DNA from: Ginglymostoma cirratum
Lineage: Eukaryota
Direction: 5' to 3'
Assembly (NCBI GenBank): GCA_024137785.1
Contig: JAHRHZ010000155.1
Span: forward strand, 736,165 to 800,164
Length of the DNA: 64,000 bases
The notes below the pieces were generated by a model that saw only the letters and a program-made list of their open reading frames with translations, ran no database searches and was not told the DNA's origin. Shown here one piece after another: positions 22,900-35,039 of the stretch (its first letter is position 1; every line of letters begins with the position of its first letter). The translations under genes and the position numbers were made by a program.

Positions 22900-25800
22900 T
22901 CTTTAAAATGTCTCTGTTGATATATCCCCTATTCTATTACACCAGTTCACTTCAGTTAACTCCACTTTCACACCCACATAGTTGCCATTATTTAGGTTTA
23001 AAATACTTGTCTTAGACCCAATATTTTCCTTTTAAAACTGGATGTAAACTCCTATCACATTGTAGTCACTGCTACCTAGAGATCATTAATTAATCTTGTC
23101 ACATTACACAATACCAAATCTCCTTTTACATGCTGTTCAGTCAGTTCCAGAACTTGTTGCTCTAAGAAATTATCTCTTAAGTATTCTATGAACTTCTCAT
23201 CCAGGCTATGACTGACAATCTGATTTCCCCAGTTTATATGTTGATTAAAATCACCATGATTATTTACCGTAAGCATCCAATGTTTCTTTATGTATACTTC
23301 ATCCCACATTGCATCTACTGCTAGGGGGCCCACAGACCACTCCCGCTCATGACTTTTGTCCCACACTAGTCTTCATCTCCACCAAAACCAATTCTACATC
23401 CCAACCTGCTGAAGGAAGGCCATCTCTAAAAATTGCACAAATGCCATCCTTGATTAACAGCACTACCTCTCCACTCTACCAAGCTTCCTATTCTTCTTAA
23501 CTGTCATAACCTCGCAATATTCTGCACCCAATCCTTCTCATCCTGTAGCCACAACTCATAGTGGCTAGCAGATCATTCTTATTTACTTCAATGTGCCTTC
23601 AATTTATTATGAATGCTATATGCATTCAGATACAGGGCCTTTAGTTTTGTCATTTTATTATCTTTGCTACATCACAACTTGATTGTTCCCTCTATCCCTT
23701 CTTGCCACTCTCTGACTCTGATTTCCCATATTACTATTTTCTTCTCTTACCTCCTCTGATATTCTAAACCATTTCACATTCAAACCTTGCTCTCATTAAT
23801 TTGCTTTGAACCCTCTCTCCTGGCCAAATTACATTACTCAAAAGAGCACTAACACCAGGGTGGTGCATGTGTAGACCTTACTGACGTTTTGGCCCCCACT
23901 TTCCCCTATATCAGAAACAGTGGTCACAAACTGCACCAGCACCAGTTGTTGAACTATGGATTGATCTCGCTAATTTGATGTACCTGTGATAACCCCTACA
24001 AGGCACATGGGGAATTGTTTATTTATCTCCCTGTGGAGTTTATTGAGTTCCCTTTGTAACAGGTTGGAACTCATCACCTGAGCCCTTTATAAAGCAGATC
24101 CAGTTGCCTGTAACAGGCTTTGCTTGTAAATATCTATTTGGCTGCATGGGTGATTAACTGGTGGCAGTTGATACTTTAAACCAAAAAAAGGTCACGGTGC
24201 TTTGGTGGTGGGACAGCCATTAAGTTGCCTGTAAGAGCACTTTCAGATATATAAACATTTTTTAAAAAGATAAAGCAGATCCAGGGATGGATCTGTAGAA
24301 CTGTCTTACCCAGGCTGAGACCACCCAATATGCACCATAAATAATGGTTCTATTTTAGTATTCTACAATAAATGATGTTCCTTTTCAGTCAGGCTTCCTG
24401 AGTTATACCAATACTAATCAGCTTGCAGCTCTGGTAATAATATAGAGACTATAACCTTTGAGGTTCTGCTTTATAAATCAGATGCTCATACTCTCATATT
24501 CTCATTCCTGTTTCTCACTATGTCTTTGCAACAGACATGAACCATACCCACTGGATTCTTCCCCTCCCACTGCAACATCCTTTCCAGCCACAAGCTAATA
24601 ACCTAAACCCTGTCACTGGGCAGGCAACATTGGCATCTGGCCACTTTCCTGCAGATAACGGCGTCACCTCCCCTCACTATAATGAACACTACTACCACTA
24701 CGTTCCTTGTTGCTCTCTCTACTTCAAGATCTTGCTGTACCTCAATGCCATGGTCAATTGGCATGTCCACTGAGCAGACCTCACTCTCATTCAGACAGAC
24801 TGACTGAACTACAAGCCTATTGAACAATTGGAGAGGTTAATGCGCCTTACCTCTGAGCTCCTGAAGACTAACTTGCAGCCACACCCTCCTGACCCTGACC
24901 ATTACCCATATCAGAACACATTATCTTACATGGTGTGACTGTCTCCTGTTACAAGGCATCCTGGCAATGTGCTCCAGTTCATAAGCTCTGAGCCAAAGTT
25001 GCTCAAACTTCAAAAAGCATCAGTAGACATGTTTGCCTGGATCACAATTATGTCCAAGAATTCACAAATGCTGCAGTATTGACAAATCATAATTTAAATC
25101 TTCCTTTAACGCCTTCCTGGGACATAGGAAGATGGTCATGGTTGTTGGTCAGTCATTGCAGCTCCAGGACATCTGTGCAGGATTCCCTTGGGGTAGTGTC
25201 ATAGGCTCAACCATCTTTAGATGCTTCTTCAATGATCTTCCCTCAACATGAGGCCAGTAGTGGGGATGTTCACTGAGAATTGCACAATGGTCTGCACTAT
25301 TCACGATTCTCAGATACTGAAGCAGTCCATGTCCAAATGCAAAAAGATCAGGACAATATCCAGGCTCAGGCTAACAACTGGCAAGTAACATGCCACACAA
25401 ATGTCATGCTATGACCATCACTAAAAAGAAACAGTCTAACAACACCCCTTGACATTCAATGATGTTATCATCACTGAATTCCCCCACTATCAACATCCTG
25501 GGAGATTATCATTGACCAGAAACTCAACTTGACTCAGCAATAAACACATTGCTACAAGAGAAGGTCAGAAGCTAGAAAACTACAGCAAATAACTCACCTC
25601 CTAACTACAACATACAAGTCAGTAGAGTGATGAGATACTCCCCACTGGCCTGGATGGATGCAGCTCCAACAACACTCAAGAAGCTTTACATTATCCATGG
25701 CAAAGAAGCCTGCTTGATTGGCAGTACATCCACAAGCATCCTCTCCATCCACTGCCAACAGTAGCAGCAGTGTGTAAAGTCTACAAGATGCACTGCAGAA

Positions 25801-26030
25801 ATTCATTAAAGATCCTTAGACAGCACTTTCCAAAACTACGACCACTTCAATCTAGAAGGACAAGAGCAGCGATACATGGGAACACCACCCGCTGCAAGTT
25901 CCCCTCCAAGCCACTCACCATCTTGACTTGGAAATAGTTCATCACCACCTTCTCAAGGGCAACTAGGGACAGGTAATGAATACTGGCTAGCCAGTGACAC
26001 CCATGTCCCACAAATGAATAAAGAAAATCC
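22900..26030. mobile_element. Old LINE fragments (CR1 endonuclease/5' region on minus; RT region on plus ~25100-26030)
   Basis: GDFN..INW..FLEQQV..DLVLCN (minus); decayed PxGSVxG..FxxxCT RT motifs (plus). Confidence 0.7.
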
Positions 26031-26889
26031 TCATTGTCTAAGGAATCTCTGTGACTCTTCTGTCTAAGAGATCTCTTTCATTGTCTCAGGGATTATTTCT
26101 GACTCAAACACTGTATTATTCATTCCAATACAGCAATGGAGACTGATGGGTCCCCAATCTCAGCACTGACCCTACTCCTGCAGATACTGTGATAACTTGA
26201 GCAAAGTGCTTCTAGCCTGAGCTCTGCATGTATTGAGATCAAAGACAAATATGGAATTGAATTTTATACCTGTATCCACCAACTGCTTTGCCTTCCCTCC
26301 CCATAATCAGTTACCTTATTGAGGTTTCTAGTTCAGTGAGAATGGACAGGAAGTGTAATGCTGAACAGCCTGTCTATTCTAGTAGTTGCTGCGTTGACTT
26401 CATAGGAAATTCTGATTAATGTTAGCAAAAGGCTTATTTTAAACTGGAGTTCGGAAAAATGAGAGTAATCTCATAGAAACCTATAAAATTCTAATAGGAC
26501 TAGCTAGGATGTTCCCAATGACAGAGTCACAGTCGAAGGACACTGGGAAAGCCACTTAGGACTGAGATGAGGAGAATATTTTTCACACAGAGAGTGGTGA
26601 GCCTGTTGAATTCTCTGCCACAGTTAGATATAGTTCTTAGGGATAAAGGGATAAAAGTAGAGAGCCAGACAAGGAGACTGAGTTGGATGATCAGCCATGA
26701 TCATATTGAATAATGGAGAAGACTTAAAGGGCCAAATGGCCTAATCCTTCTTCTATATTCTACGTATCTAAAAGATACATTCTCTGCAACTGGTGCACTG
26801 CTGAATTGGTTCCCAAGTAGAGCTCAGTAAGAAAGATCTTTTATAAAGGCTATTAACCGTAAGTTTGTCCAAGCTGACAATGGCATTAC

Positions 26890-26929
26890 CTTGGAGAAGT
26901 GACAGCAGGAAGTAAGATTTCCCGATCAT
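26890..26929 (-). CDS. Siglec-like gene A, signal-peptide exon coding part (MIGKSYFLLSLLQ; exon 26890-26971)
   Basis: Acceptor CCTTTCCTTTCAG, ACAATG start, donor AAG|GTAATG at phase 1, in frame with the V exon (..LLQ-AGLA|QEW). Confidence 0.9.
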
Positions 26930-27719
26930 TGTCCGCTCCTAGATATTTCATCAGCTTCTCTCTCTCAAGCTCTGAAAGGAAAGGTAGTTAATGAGACCTC
27001 ACCTCTTGTCGAACAGCTCACAAGAGATCAGAACTACTTTTAGACATTGTCCTCACAGACCACATTGATTCTCTGTGGCTTCAAGGCTTCAAGAAAGTAA
27101 AGCATGTTCCAAAATGCATGTCGCTGCATTTCCTTCTCTTGCCAATCACCATGTTGATGGTGAGGAAAGGTGGTTTCATCAATATGTAGGACAGTGGGCG
27201 AGCTCTCAAGTTATTGGGCTGAATGTTGAACCCCAAGCTTAAGACTGCTTCTGTGTTCCACTGAAGCTCAATGCAAACAACACCTCGTTTTCCACTGAGC
27301 TCTTTTACAGCTTTTAGCACTGAGTTCAACAAATTCAGTCCTTCATTTTGATTACGCAGCTCCTGGTTCTTGCTTGTGTCTTGTTGGTTTTTCATCCCAG
27401 TACAGCAGACCCATTCTCTCCTATTCACACCCATCTGTCCTATTTTACATCCCAAGCCCTCTTTCACCATCATTCACAATCCTTTGGTGATTTCCTCCAG
27501 GCACCATCACCATCTGTCCCACTTCCTCGTTCTCTCCCTCTGTCAACAACATAAAACCCATCATTTACCAACCCCCTTTACTTCAGAAGAACAGTCAGAT
27601 TGGTCTCAAAACATTAACTCTATTTCGCTGTGTCAATAGATGCTGCCAGACCTGCCGGGTTTCTCCAGGATTTCCTGTTTTCAGTCCCAAAAGTTCATGT
27701 CTCTGCACTTGCCTTGCCC

Positions 27720-28100
27720 CATGATCTAGAAAGATGATCTGCCTTTGGTCCAGATTTCAGTAAGAAGTAGAAACTTTTCAAAGACATCGATAATTGGAAT
27801 CAGTCTTTGAACAGTCACAACATCAACAAAGGATGATGTTGGTCATAGAACCGAGTTCCAAATGTTACGTTACTTACCTACTCCCTGTCCGACTGCTCGC
27901 CTGGAGAGTAACCGCCGATGCTCTCTTCTTGGGCTGAATGGTTTTTCCCTGTGCTGTTCACTCTGTGTATTACATTAAAAGTGCTGATGTATCACTGTGA
28001 GTGACATCAGGAAGTGGGTACAGAGTGTCAAAGTGGCAGATGATCTGGCTTTACCACAAAGAAGCTTTGACACCTGTGCAGGACCTGACAATATTGCTCT
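27720..28100 (-). promoter_or_regulatory. Promoter/non-coding exon 1 cassette P1 (gene A); donor after 27878
   Basis: TAG|GTAAGT donor, ETS core CACTTCCTG (28008-28016), RUNX-like TGTGGT (~28053); homologous to four plus-strand cassettes. Confidence 0.65.
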
Positions 28101-28129
28101 ACAGACCTGGACAGCTATTGACATGGTTC

Positions 28130-28410
28130 AAAGTGGCTGAATGGTCTCCTCCTATTCCATTGTAACAGTGTCAAGGGACTGAAAGGTTTTCTCCTGTTCC
28201 AGCGTAACAGTGTTGGTGGACTGAATGGTCTCCTCCGTTCCAGTGTAACAGTTTTGATGGACTGAATAGTCTCCTTCCATTCCAGTGTGGCAGTGTCGAC
28301 AGGATGAATGGCCTCTTCTGTTTCTTTATAACACGTTTCAGGGGCTGAAAAGCTTCCACCTGTTCCTGTGTAACAGGTTTGAGGAAGTGCCTGAATGGGC
28401 CACTTCCTGT
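28130..28410. repeat. ~36-bp degenerate tandem repeat between the divergent cassettes, ending in an inverted ETS pair
   Basis: ggactgaatggtctcctcctgttccagtgtaacagt units; AGGAAGTG (28382-28389) and CACTTCCT (28401-28408). Confidence 0.8.
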
Positions 28411-28419
28411 TCCTGCCAA

Positions 28420-28700
28420 GTCACTGACTCTCTCATCTACACAGAAATAACCAAAGATCTTTCCACCAGTTTGCAGTTTGCTTGTAGTGTCAGATGTGGT
28501 GCTGTTTTCTCACTATTTCTTTATTTCCTGACTTGAATCACCTTAACACTTTCTCATTAAATACACAAGGGCAGCAGCACAGCAGAAGGCCATTCCACCC
28601 AGGCAGAGCATGTGGGCAGTTACTCCCCATGCAAGTATTAGGACAGCTCAAGGTAAGCAACATAGTGGCAAAAAGTCACTTCCATGACCAACATTGTATT
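28420..28700 (+). promoter_or_regulatory. Promoter/exon 1 cassette P2; donor after 28652
   Basis: ATTTCCTG (28523), aatacaca..cagcacag..gcagttactc, AAG|GTAAGC, ..atgaccaacat; truncated by a SINE at ~28705. Confidence 0.6.
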
Positions 28701-28704
28701 TCAT

Positions 28705-30180
28705 AGAATCATACAATTCCTACAGTGTGGACTCAGGCCATTCGGCCCATCGGGTCCACACCAACATTCCAAATAGCATCCCACCCAGATTCACCACCCT
28801 ACCCTATCCCTGTAAGCCAGCATTTCCCATTGCTAATCTGCCTATCCTGCACACCCCTGGACACTAAGAGCAATTCAGCATGGCCAATCCAAATAACCTA
28901 ATACAACAAGGTGTAGAGCTGGGTGAACACAGCAGGCCAAGCAGCATCAGAGGAGCAGGAAAGCTGGCGTTTCGGGTCTAAACCCACCTAATGTTGTTTG
29001 ATGGTGTGGCCTCGAGACCTTACAGTCAGATTCCAACGATCGACATCTTCGAAAGATTCCTCCCATAACTCTCTTCAGGCTCCTCATGTTCTCCTGTGAC
29101 ACCCCTACAAGCTCTTTGAATTTCCCTGTGACACTTCTGCAACCTCTTCGTGTTTGTTGACGACACTCTTGCAACATTCCCACATCTCTGCAGCCTCCGA
29201 ATCCATGACCATTCCCCGACTTCCATCAGTCCAGCAGCCTTCTGCTACCTGGGCCCAAAGTTCTGGAGTCACTCCCTAAATATCAGGGATGAACAATAGG
29301 TCAGAAATAGAGGAGCTCAGCGTGGTATGAGCCTAGTGTGGGAATGAAGGACTGAAGTAGATAGTTGAGTATTTTTGTTGATACTGACATGATGGGCCGA
29401 AGGACCTGTCCTGTATGATTTTATGATCCTTGGTCAGTATTTTTCATGACTACAAAGCGGCAAAGCCGACAGTCAACCGTTGTGCTTCCAAATAAAAACT
29501 GAAAAAACTACAGATGCTGTAAATCAGAAACAAAAACAGAAATTGCAGGAAAAGCTCAGCAGATCTGGCAGCATCTGTGGAGAGAAATCAGACTTAACAT
29601 TTTGGGTTGAGTGACCCTTTCTGAAAACTGATGGTAGGTGGGAAAATATAGGTGGTTTATATGCGGAAGTTAGGGTGGAGTGAGGGGGTAAGGAGTAAAT
29701 GAGAGGTGGGGATAGAACCCAAGAAAAACTAAAGGTTGTCTGCAATGATCAGTGTGGTTTTCGAAGGAGAAATCATGTCTAACCAATGTTGAAGTTCATT
29801 TAAGGAACAACATCCGCTGTGGTAAAGGGAAGGCCATAGACAAACAGAACTTGGATTTCCAGAAGATATCTTGCAAGGTGCTGCTTAAAATGTTATTGCA
29901 CAAAATAGAAACATAGTGGAACACAAGCATGGAGAAAGGATTGGCTGGGTATGAGACATGGGGTCCCACAGGGATCTGTGCTGGGGCCTCAGCTTTTAAC
30001 CATTAACATCAATGTTTTGCATTGAGGGGACAGAAGGCAGAGTAGATAAATTTCCAGATTGCATGAAGATAGTAAGGAAACTATATTGCGAAAAAGAAAG
30101 AAGGAGGATACAGAGACATGAGTGAGTTAGTAAAAATATGGCAGGTGGAGTATCATGTACGAAGATGTGGAGACACAACA
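28705..30180. mobile_element. SINE, Penelope-like terminal fragments and CR1 remnants
   Basis: Similarity to the other copies in this window. Confidence 0.75.
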
Positions 30181-30229
30181 AAAAGCCGGGGTGAGGGAGT
30201 GAGTTCTAAAGGACCACAATCACTGTTGC

Positions 30230-30600
30230 AACTCCATGTGATCAACTGCCCAGCTCCGAACAGAAATATCACAGAGTCGGGCTTAAATGGTCAGCTATTT
30301 ACAGTGAAAGTAATGTTTTGTGGAATTTCTCACAGGTTCCCCACTTCCTCATTCAGATGCAGAGTCACACATCTGCACTTTCTAATTTAGATGGGGTAGC
30401 CGCAAAGGAAGAGACCGTTCAGTCCAAACAGAGGGCCCTGGCTGTTACTCCACAGGCGTCCCAGGTCATGGGTAAATAATGGACTGATTACAATTCACTC
30501 CCACGAGCAGCAGTTTTGATGGTGTTGTGATATCACAGATACAGATTCCAATGATCGATGCCTTCAATAGATTGCTGTTTATTATTGAGCTCTGGGCCTA
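30230..30600 (+). promoter_or_regulatory. Promoter/exon 1 cassette P3; donor after 30471
   Basis: CACTTCCTC (30342-30350), gttactc, TGG|GTAAAT, downstream acagattccaatgatcgatg shared with P1, P4 and P5. Confidence 0.6.
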
Positions 30601-30749
30601 TTACTCACAAACAGGATGAGACCAATTCAGTCCCTTGATCCCTGTTAGATACAAACAGAATGAGGTCCATTCTGCCCCTCCAGTCTGTTACACTGGAACA
30701 GGAGGAGGCCATTCAGCCATTCAAGTCTGTGAGAGAGGAAACAGAGAAG

Positions 30750-31150
30750 GCCCATTAAATACTGCCCAGGTCTGCACAGAGATAATCTCAGGGCCACACA
30801 AAGGGTTAACAGTTTGTTCATAATGCGAGGCAAACTGCTGCCTTCTCACTTTGAACCAACTTCCTGATCTCACTCACAGTGACACATCGACAATTCTAAT
30901 TAAATACACAAAGGAACCAGCACAGGAAGAGGCCGTTCCACCCAGGTAGAGTGCATGGGGCAGTTACTCTTACAAGAAGTTCATGGTAAGTAAAATAATG
31001 ACAAGCACTTACTGCCACAACCAACATTATTCTTTGCTGATGTTGTGGCTTTGTAAGACAGATTCCAATGATTGATTGCTTTGACAGATTTCTATTTATT
31101 ATTAAACTCTGACCGTAAGGCTCAAGTCTGTCATACAAATCATCTTTCTA
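30750..31150 (+). promoter_or_regulatory. Promoter/exon 1 cassette P4; donor after 30985
   Basis: AACTTCCTGATCTCACTCACAGTGA (30858) nearly identical to P1; ATG|GTAAGT. Confidence 0.65.
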
Positions 31151-31343
31151 GATCTAGGGATAGGGGTTATGCAGAGTGGGAATTTTCAGACATCATGAAG
31201 GGTGCTAAGGAATGCAATTCTTGTTGTTTTACCTGTCTAAAAGTCATTCTGATCTTTTGAGAGCTGTCTGATGAGAAATGAGGTCTAATTAACTCTTTCA
31301 GAGCTTGAGAGGGGGAAACTGATGAAATATCTGGGAGCGGACA

Positions 31344-31383
31344 ATGATCAGGAAATCTTACTTCCTGCTGTCACTTCTCCAAG
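31344..31383 (+). CDS. Orphan Siglec-like signal-peptide exon B (MIRKSYFLLSLLQ; exon 31302-31383)
   Basis: 39/40 coding nt identical to leaders A and C, intact AG/GT; intron homology continues to ~31990; no own V exon seen. Confidence 0.8.
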
Positions 31384-31999
31384 GTAATATCATTGTCAGC
31401 TCAAGCAGATTTACGGTTAATAGTCTTTGTTAAAGATCATTCTGATTGAGCTCTGATTGGGAACCAATTCAGCAGTAACCAATGTGCAAAGAGAAACCAA
31501 GGCCCGTTCACACATTCCCCCTGTGCTCACTGATATGCACTGGCTCCGGGTCTGACAACAGGAGTGGAGGAGCATAGAGATCTCGCGGTGTACATTGCAG
31601 ATCCAGAGGAGGTTACAGACTTAGGGAGCAGAGAGAGGCAATGGGAGGATGGGTAATCTCTGGTGATTATCATAAAGCTGAAGCTTTGTTAACCAAACAA
31701 CGATCAAGTCATGGGAGTGAGTTGTGATAAAAACTAGGGAACGATGTTTACTCAGAAGCTGTAAGTTGAATTACAGTTTTCTGAAATTTATGTACTTTGC
31801 TGATTTAGTCAGAATTGCCCATGAAGACAGCATAGCAGCTCCTAGAATAGACAGGTTGTTCAGCTTTATACTTCCTGCCCAGTCTTACTGTGTTAGAAAC
31901 CTCAATAAGCGGGTAAGATAATCGACAGAAAGAAGAGAGAGAGCAGCACCAACATGTTCTGGAGAAGGTGAAGGGGAAGACCCAATAGGTTGAGAAAAT

Positions 32000-33670
32000 C
32001 CTGAATGTCAAGAGATGTACAGAACTGGAAACGGGTTAAAAAATGATTTTGGTAGACACCAAGGGCTCAAAACAGTGGATGCCTTAGAGGATAGAAAATG
32101 CAGTGGGGGGGTGGGGGGGCGGGGTGACGTAAAGAAGGAAATTAGGAGAGCAAAGAGGGGACAATGATTGGTACCATGGAGGAAAATCCAAAGGTGTATT
32201 CGGGGTAAGAAAGTAACCAGAGAAAGAGTAGGTCCCATTAGAAACCAAAATGACTTTCTGTGTGTGTGGACCCAGAAGACATAGCTGAGGTTCTAAATGA
32301 ATATTTTTCATCTGTATTCACTATAGAGAAGGACAATGTAAGTCTAGGAATCAGCCATTGAGAAGGAGGCGGTATTAGCCATTTTAATCGGCTTGAAAGT
32401 GGATCAGTCTCCAGGTCCAGATCAGATTTACCTCAGGCAGCTGCGGAAGGCAAAGGGAGGAGACAGAAGGGACATCACATGAATTTTCAAATCCTATCCG
32501 GCCATAGGAGAGGTACCAAAGGACTTGAGGTCAGCTAATGTGGTAGCATTATTAAAAAATATGGTAAGGACAAACCAAGGAACACAAGTGAATCATAGAA
32601 TCCCTACAGTGCGGAGGTGGGCCATTCCACCCTTCGAGTCCACAACCCTCCAAAGAGCATCCCACCCAGACCCATCCCCCACCAACTTTATCTCTGTAGT
32701 CCTGCATTTCCTATAAGTAATCCACCTAACCTACACATCCCTGGTCACTCTGGGCAATTTAGCATGGCCAACCCACCTAATGTGCACATCTTTGGACTGT
32801 GGGAAGAAACCAGAGCACCTGGAGGAAACCCACTCATACATGGAGAGGTGTTTTTTGGCTGGTCAGACGAGCTAAACAGTGGCAACTGGAATTTAATCCT
32901 GAAAAGTGCGGGTGATGCATTTTGGGAGGACTAACAAGGCAAAAGAAGATATGATGAATGGAAGGATCCGAAGAAGATCATAGGGACCTTGATGTACATG
33001 TCTATAGATCCAGAAAGCAGCAGAATAGATGGATAAGAAGGCACATGGACTGCTACTGTTAGATAAAGCATTCAATACATGAGCCGGGAGGTTATGAGGA
33101 AGTTGTGCGTAACATTATTTCAACCGCAGCTGGAGTACTGTGTGTGGTTCTGGTCAATAGGAAGAATGAGATTGCACCAGAGGGAGTGCAGAGGAGATTC
33201 ACCAGGATGCTGCCTCGGATGGAGTGCTTCATCTATGGACAGAGACAAAATCAGCTCGAGTTGTATTATCAAGAACAGAGAAAGCTTGTGTTGGTGGATG
33301 TGGGGATTGACTGGTATCTGATTGACTTGTGCAAAGTTCTGAGCAGCATAGACAGGGTTGGTAGGAAGAAAGGTTCCCCTTTTTACAGGAAATAACTGAT
33401 GGGCACAGCTTTAAGTGAAAGAGTAAGAGGCTCTCAAGAAAAACCTTTTCATGCAGACAGGAATGGAAATCTGGAACTCACTGTCGAGCAAGGTGTTCAA
33501 GGTGGGGACCCTCAAGACATTGAAGAAGTCTTCATTTGATCACTTGAAATGTCAGAGCATAGAGGGATATGGGCTAATTGGTGGAAAATATGCCTGGGGT
33601 AGAATGGCGTTGGATGACCAGCACAGACACAATGGGCCAAAGAGTCCCTCACTGTTCTACAAAACTCTAT
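32000..33670 (+). mobile_element. Decayed CR1-type LINE with nested SINE (32590-32845, minus)
   Basis: [21 protein letters not shown] motifs. Confidence 0.85.
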
Positions 33671-33689
33671 GACCACATACATCCTTATT

Positions 33690-34075
33690 TTGTCACCTCT
33701 TCTAGACCCTAAACCCTTCCCGTTTGTAACCACCTCCAGCCCCAACATCCCTCCCTATCTCTGTAATCTACTCTAGCCACTAAACCCCTCCCCATATTGA
33801 TAACACATCCACCCCATACAATCCCTCCTTATCTCTGTAACCTCTTATAGCCCCTACGTCCCTCTGTATCCCTGTAATGTCCTCCACCCCTACACACTTC
33901 CCTCTTTTGGTAATCGGCTCCAGCCCATACACCCCTCCCCATCTCTGTAACCTCCTCCAGCCCCTCCCGCTCGTTATATCAGTAACCTACTCCAGTTGCT
34001 ACACCTTTCCATTTCTCTGTAACTTCCTCCAACCCCTACACCCCTCCTTATCTCTGTAACCTGCTCCAATCCCAG
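33690..34075 (+). repeat. C-rich degenerate tandem repeat (ctctgtaacctcctccagcccct..)
   Basis: About 9 units. Confidence 0.85.
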
Positions 34076-34389
34076 CCTCTTGAACATCTTTTGATTCCTA
34101 TCAATCAAAATTGGGGCCCATTCCTTCAGCTACCCAGTGGTCTTGAGCTCTGGAACTCCCTCCTGAAAGCTCTCCACCTCTGTCTCTGTCCCTCTCTCCC
34201 TTTCCTTCTCCTGCTCCAACTCTTTCAATACACTACTTCAACAATGTTCTATTTCTCCATGCCTTTCATCGTCTGTTTCCTAATACTCCCTGGTGGAGCT
34301 CGAAGTGAAACTTTGGTTGATTAAGACGCTGTGTTATTTGACCAGGTTAAAGACATGATGTGAATGCACAGTCAATTTCTTTATCAATT

Positions 34390-34697
34390 TTGGGAGTGCC
34401 TCACTATTGGAGATTCAGTACTGATGGAGTTCCGCACTGTAGGAGGGCCAGTACTGAAGGATTGCCCGCACTGTCAGAGGGTCAGTGCTGAGGGAGTGCC
34501 CCACTGTTGGAGGGTCAGTGCAGAGGGAGTGCTGCAATGTCGGAGGGTCACTGCTGATGCAGTGCAGAGGGAGTGCTGCACTGTCGAAGGGTCAGTGCCG
34601 ATGGAGTGCTGCACTGTTGGAAGGTCAGTGCAGAGGGAGTGCTGCACTGTCGAAGGGTCAGTGCTGATAGAGTGCAGAGGGAGTGCCGCACTGTCAA
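34390..34697 (+). repeat. 33-bp minisatellite
   Basis: Same family as 7035. Confidence 0.95.
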
Positions 34698-35039
34698 CGA
34701 GTATGGATAGTCCTGTGATTGTTCAGATATCTGGCTGCATGCCCAGCTCCCAGTTGCGCACACAGCCACATTGTACATTCACATGCGTAACAGGACAAGT
34801 TGATATTTCACAGTGAGTGCTGCCTGTCAGTTTGATCTTGTTGTGCTGATCCCTTCGTTACGATAACCTATTGAATGAGGCTGGCATGTGGTTGATAGCA
34901 ATCAGCCTTATCACTACGCTGGTGTGTGATTTGTCACTGGCTTGACATTTTGGGAGTGTGACTGTGTGCAGTTCCTTCTTTTTTATCTCGGCTGTGGTTT
35001 CTTGCCATAACTTTGCTCTGTCTAACAATACCCAAGATT

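Noticed and set aside
7909-26929. Assigning the symbol CD22, MAG, SIGLEC1 or SIGLEC15 to gene A
   Set aside because: Domain number and tail do not match any of them, and orthology needs a phylogeny
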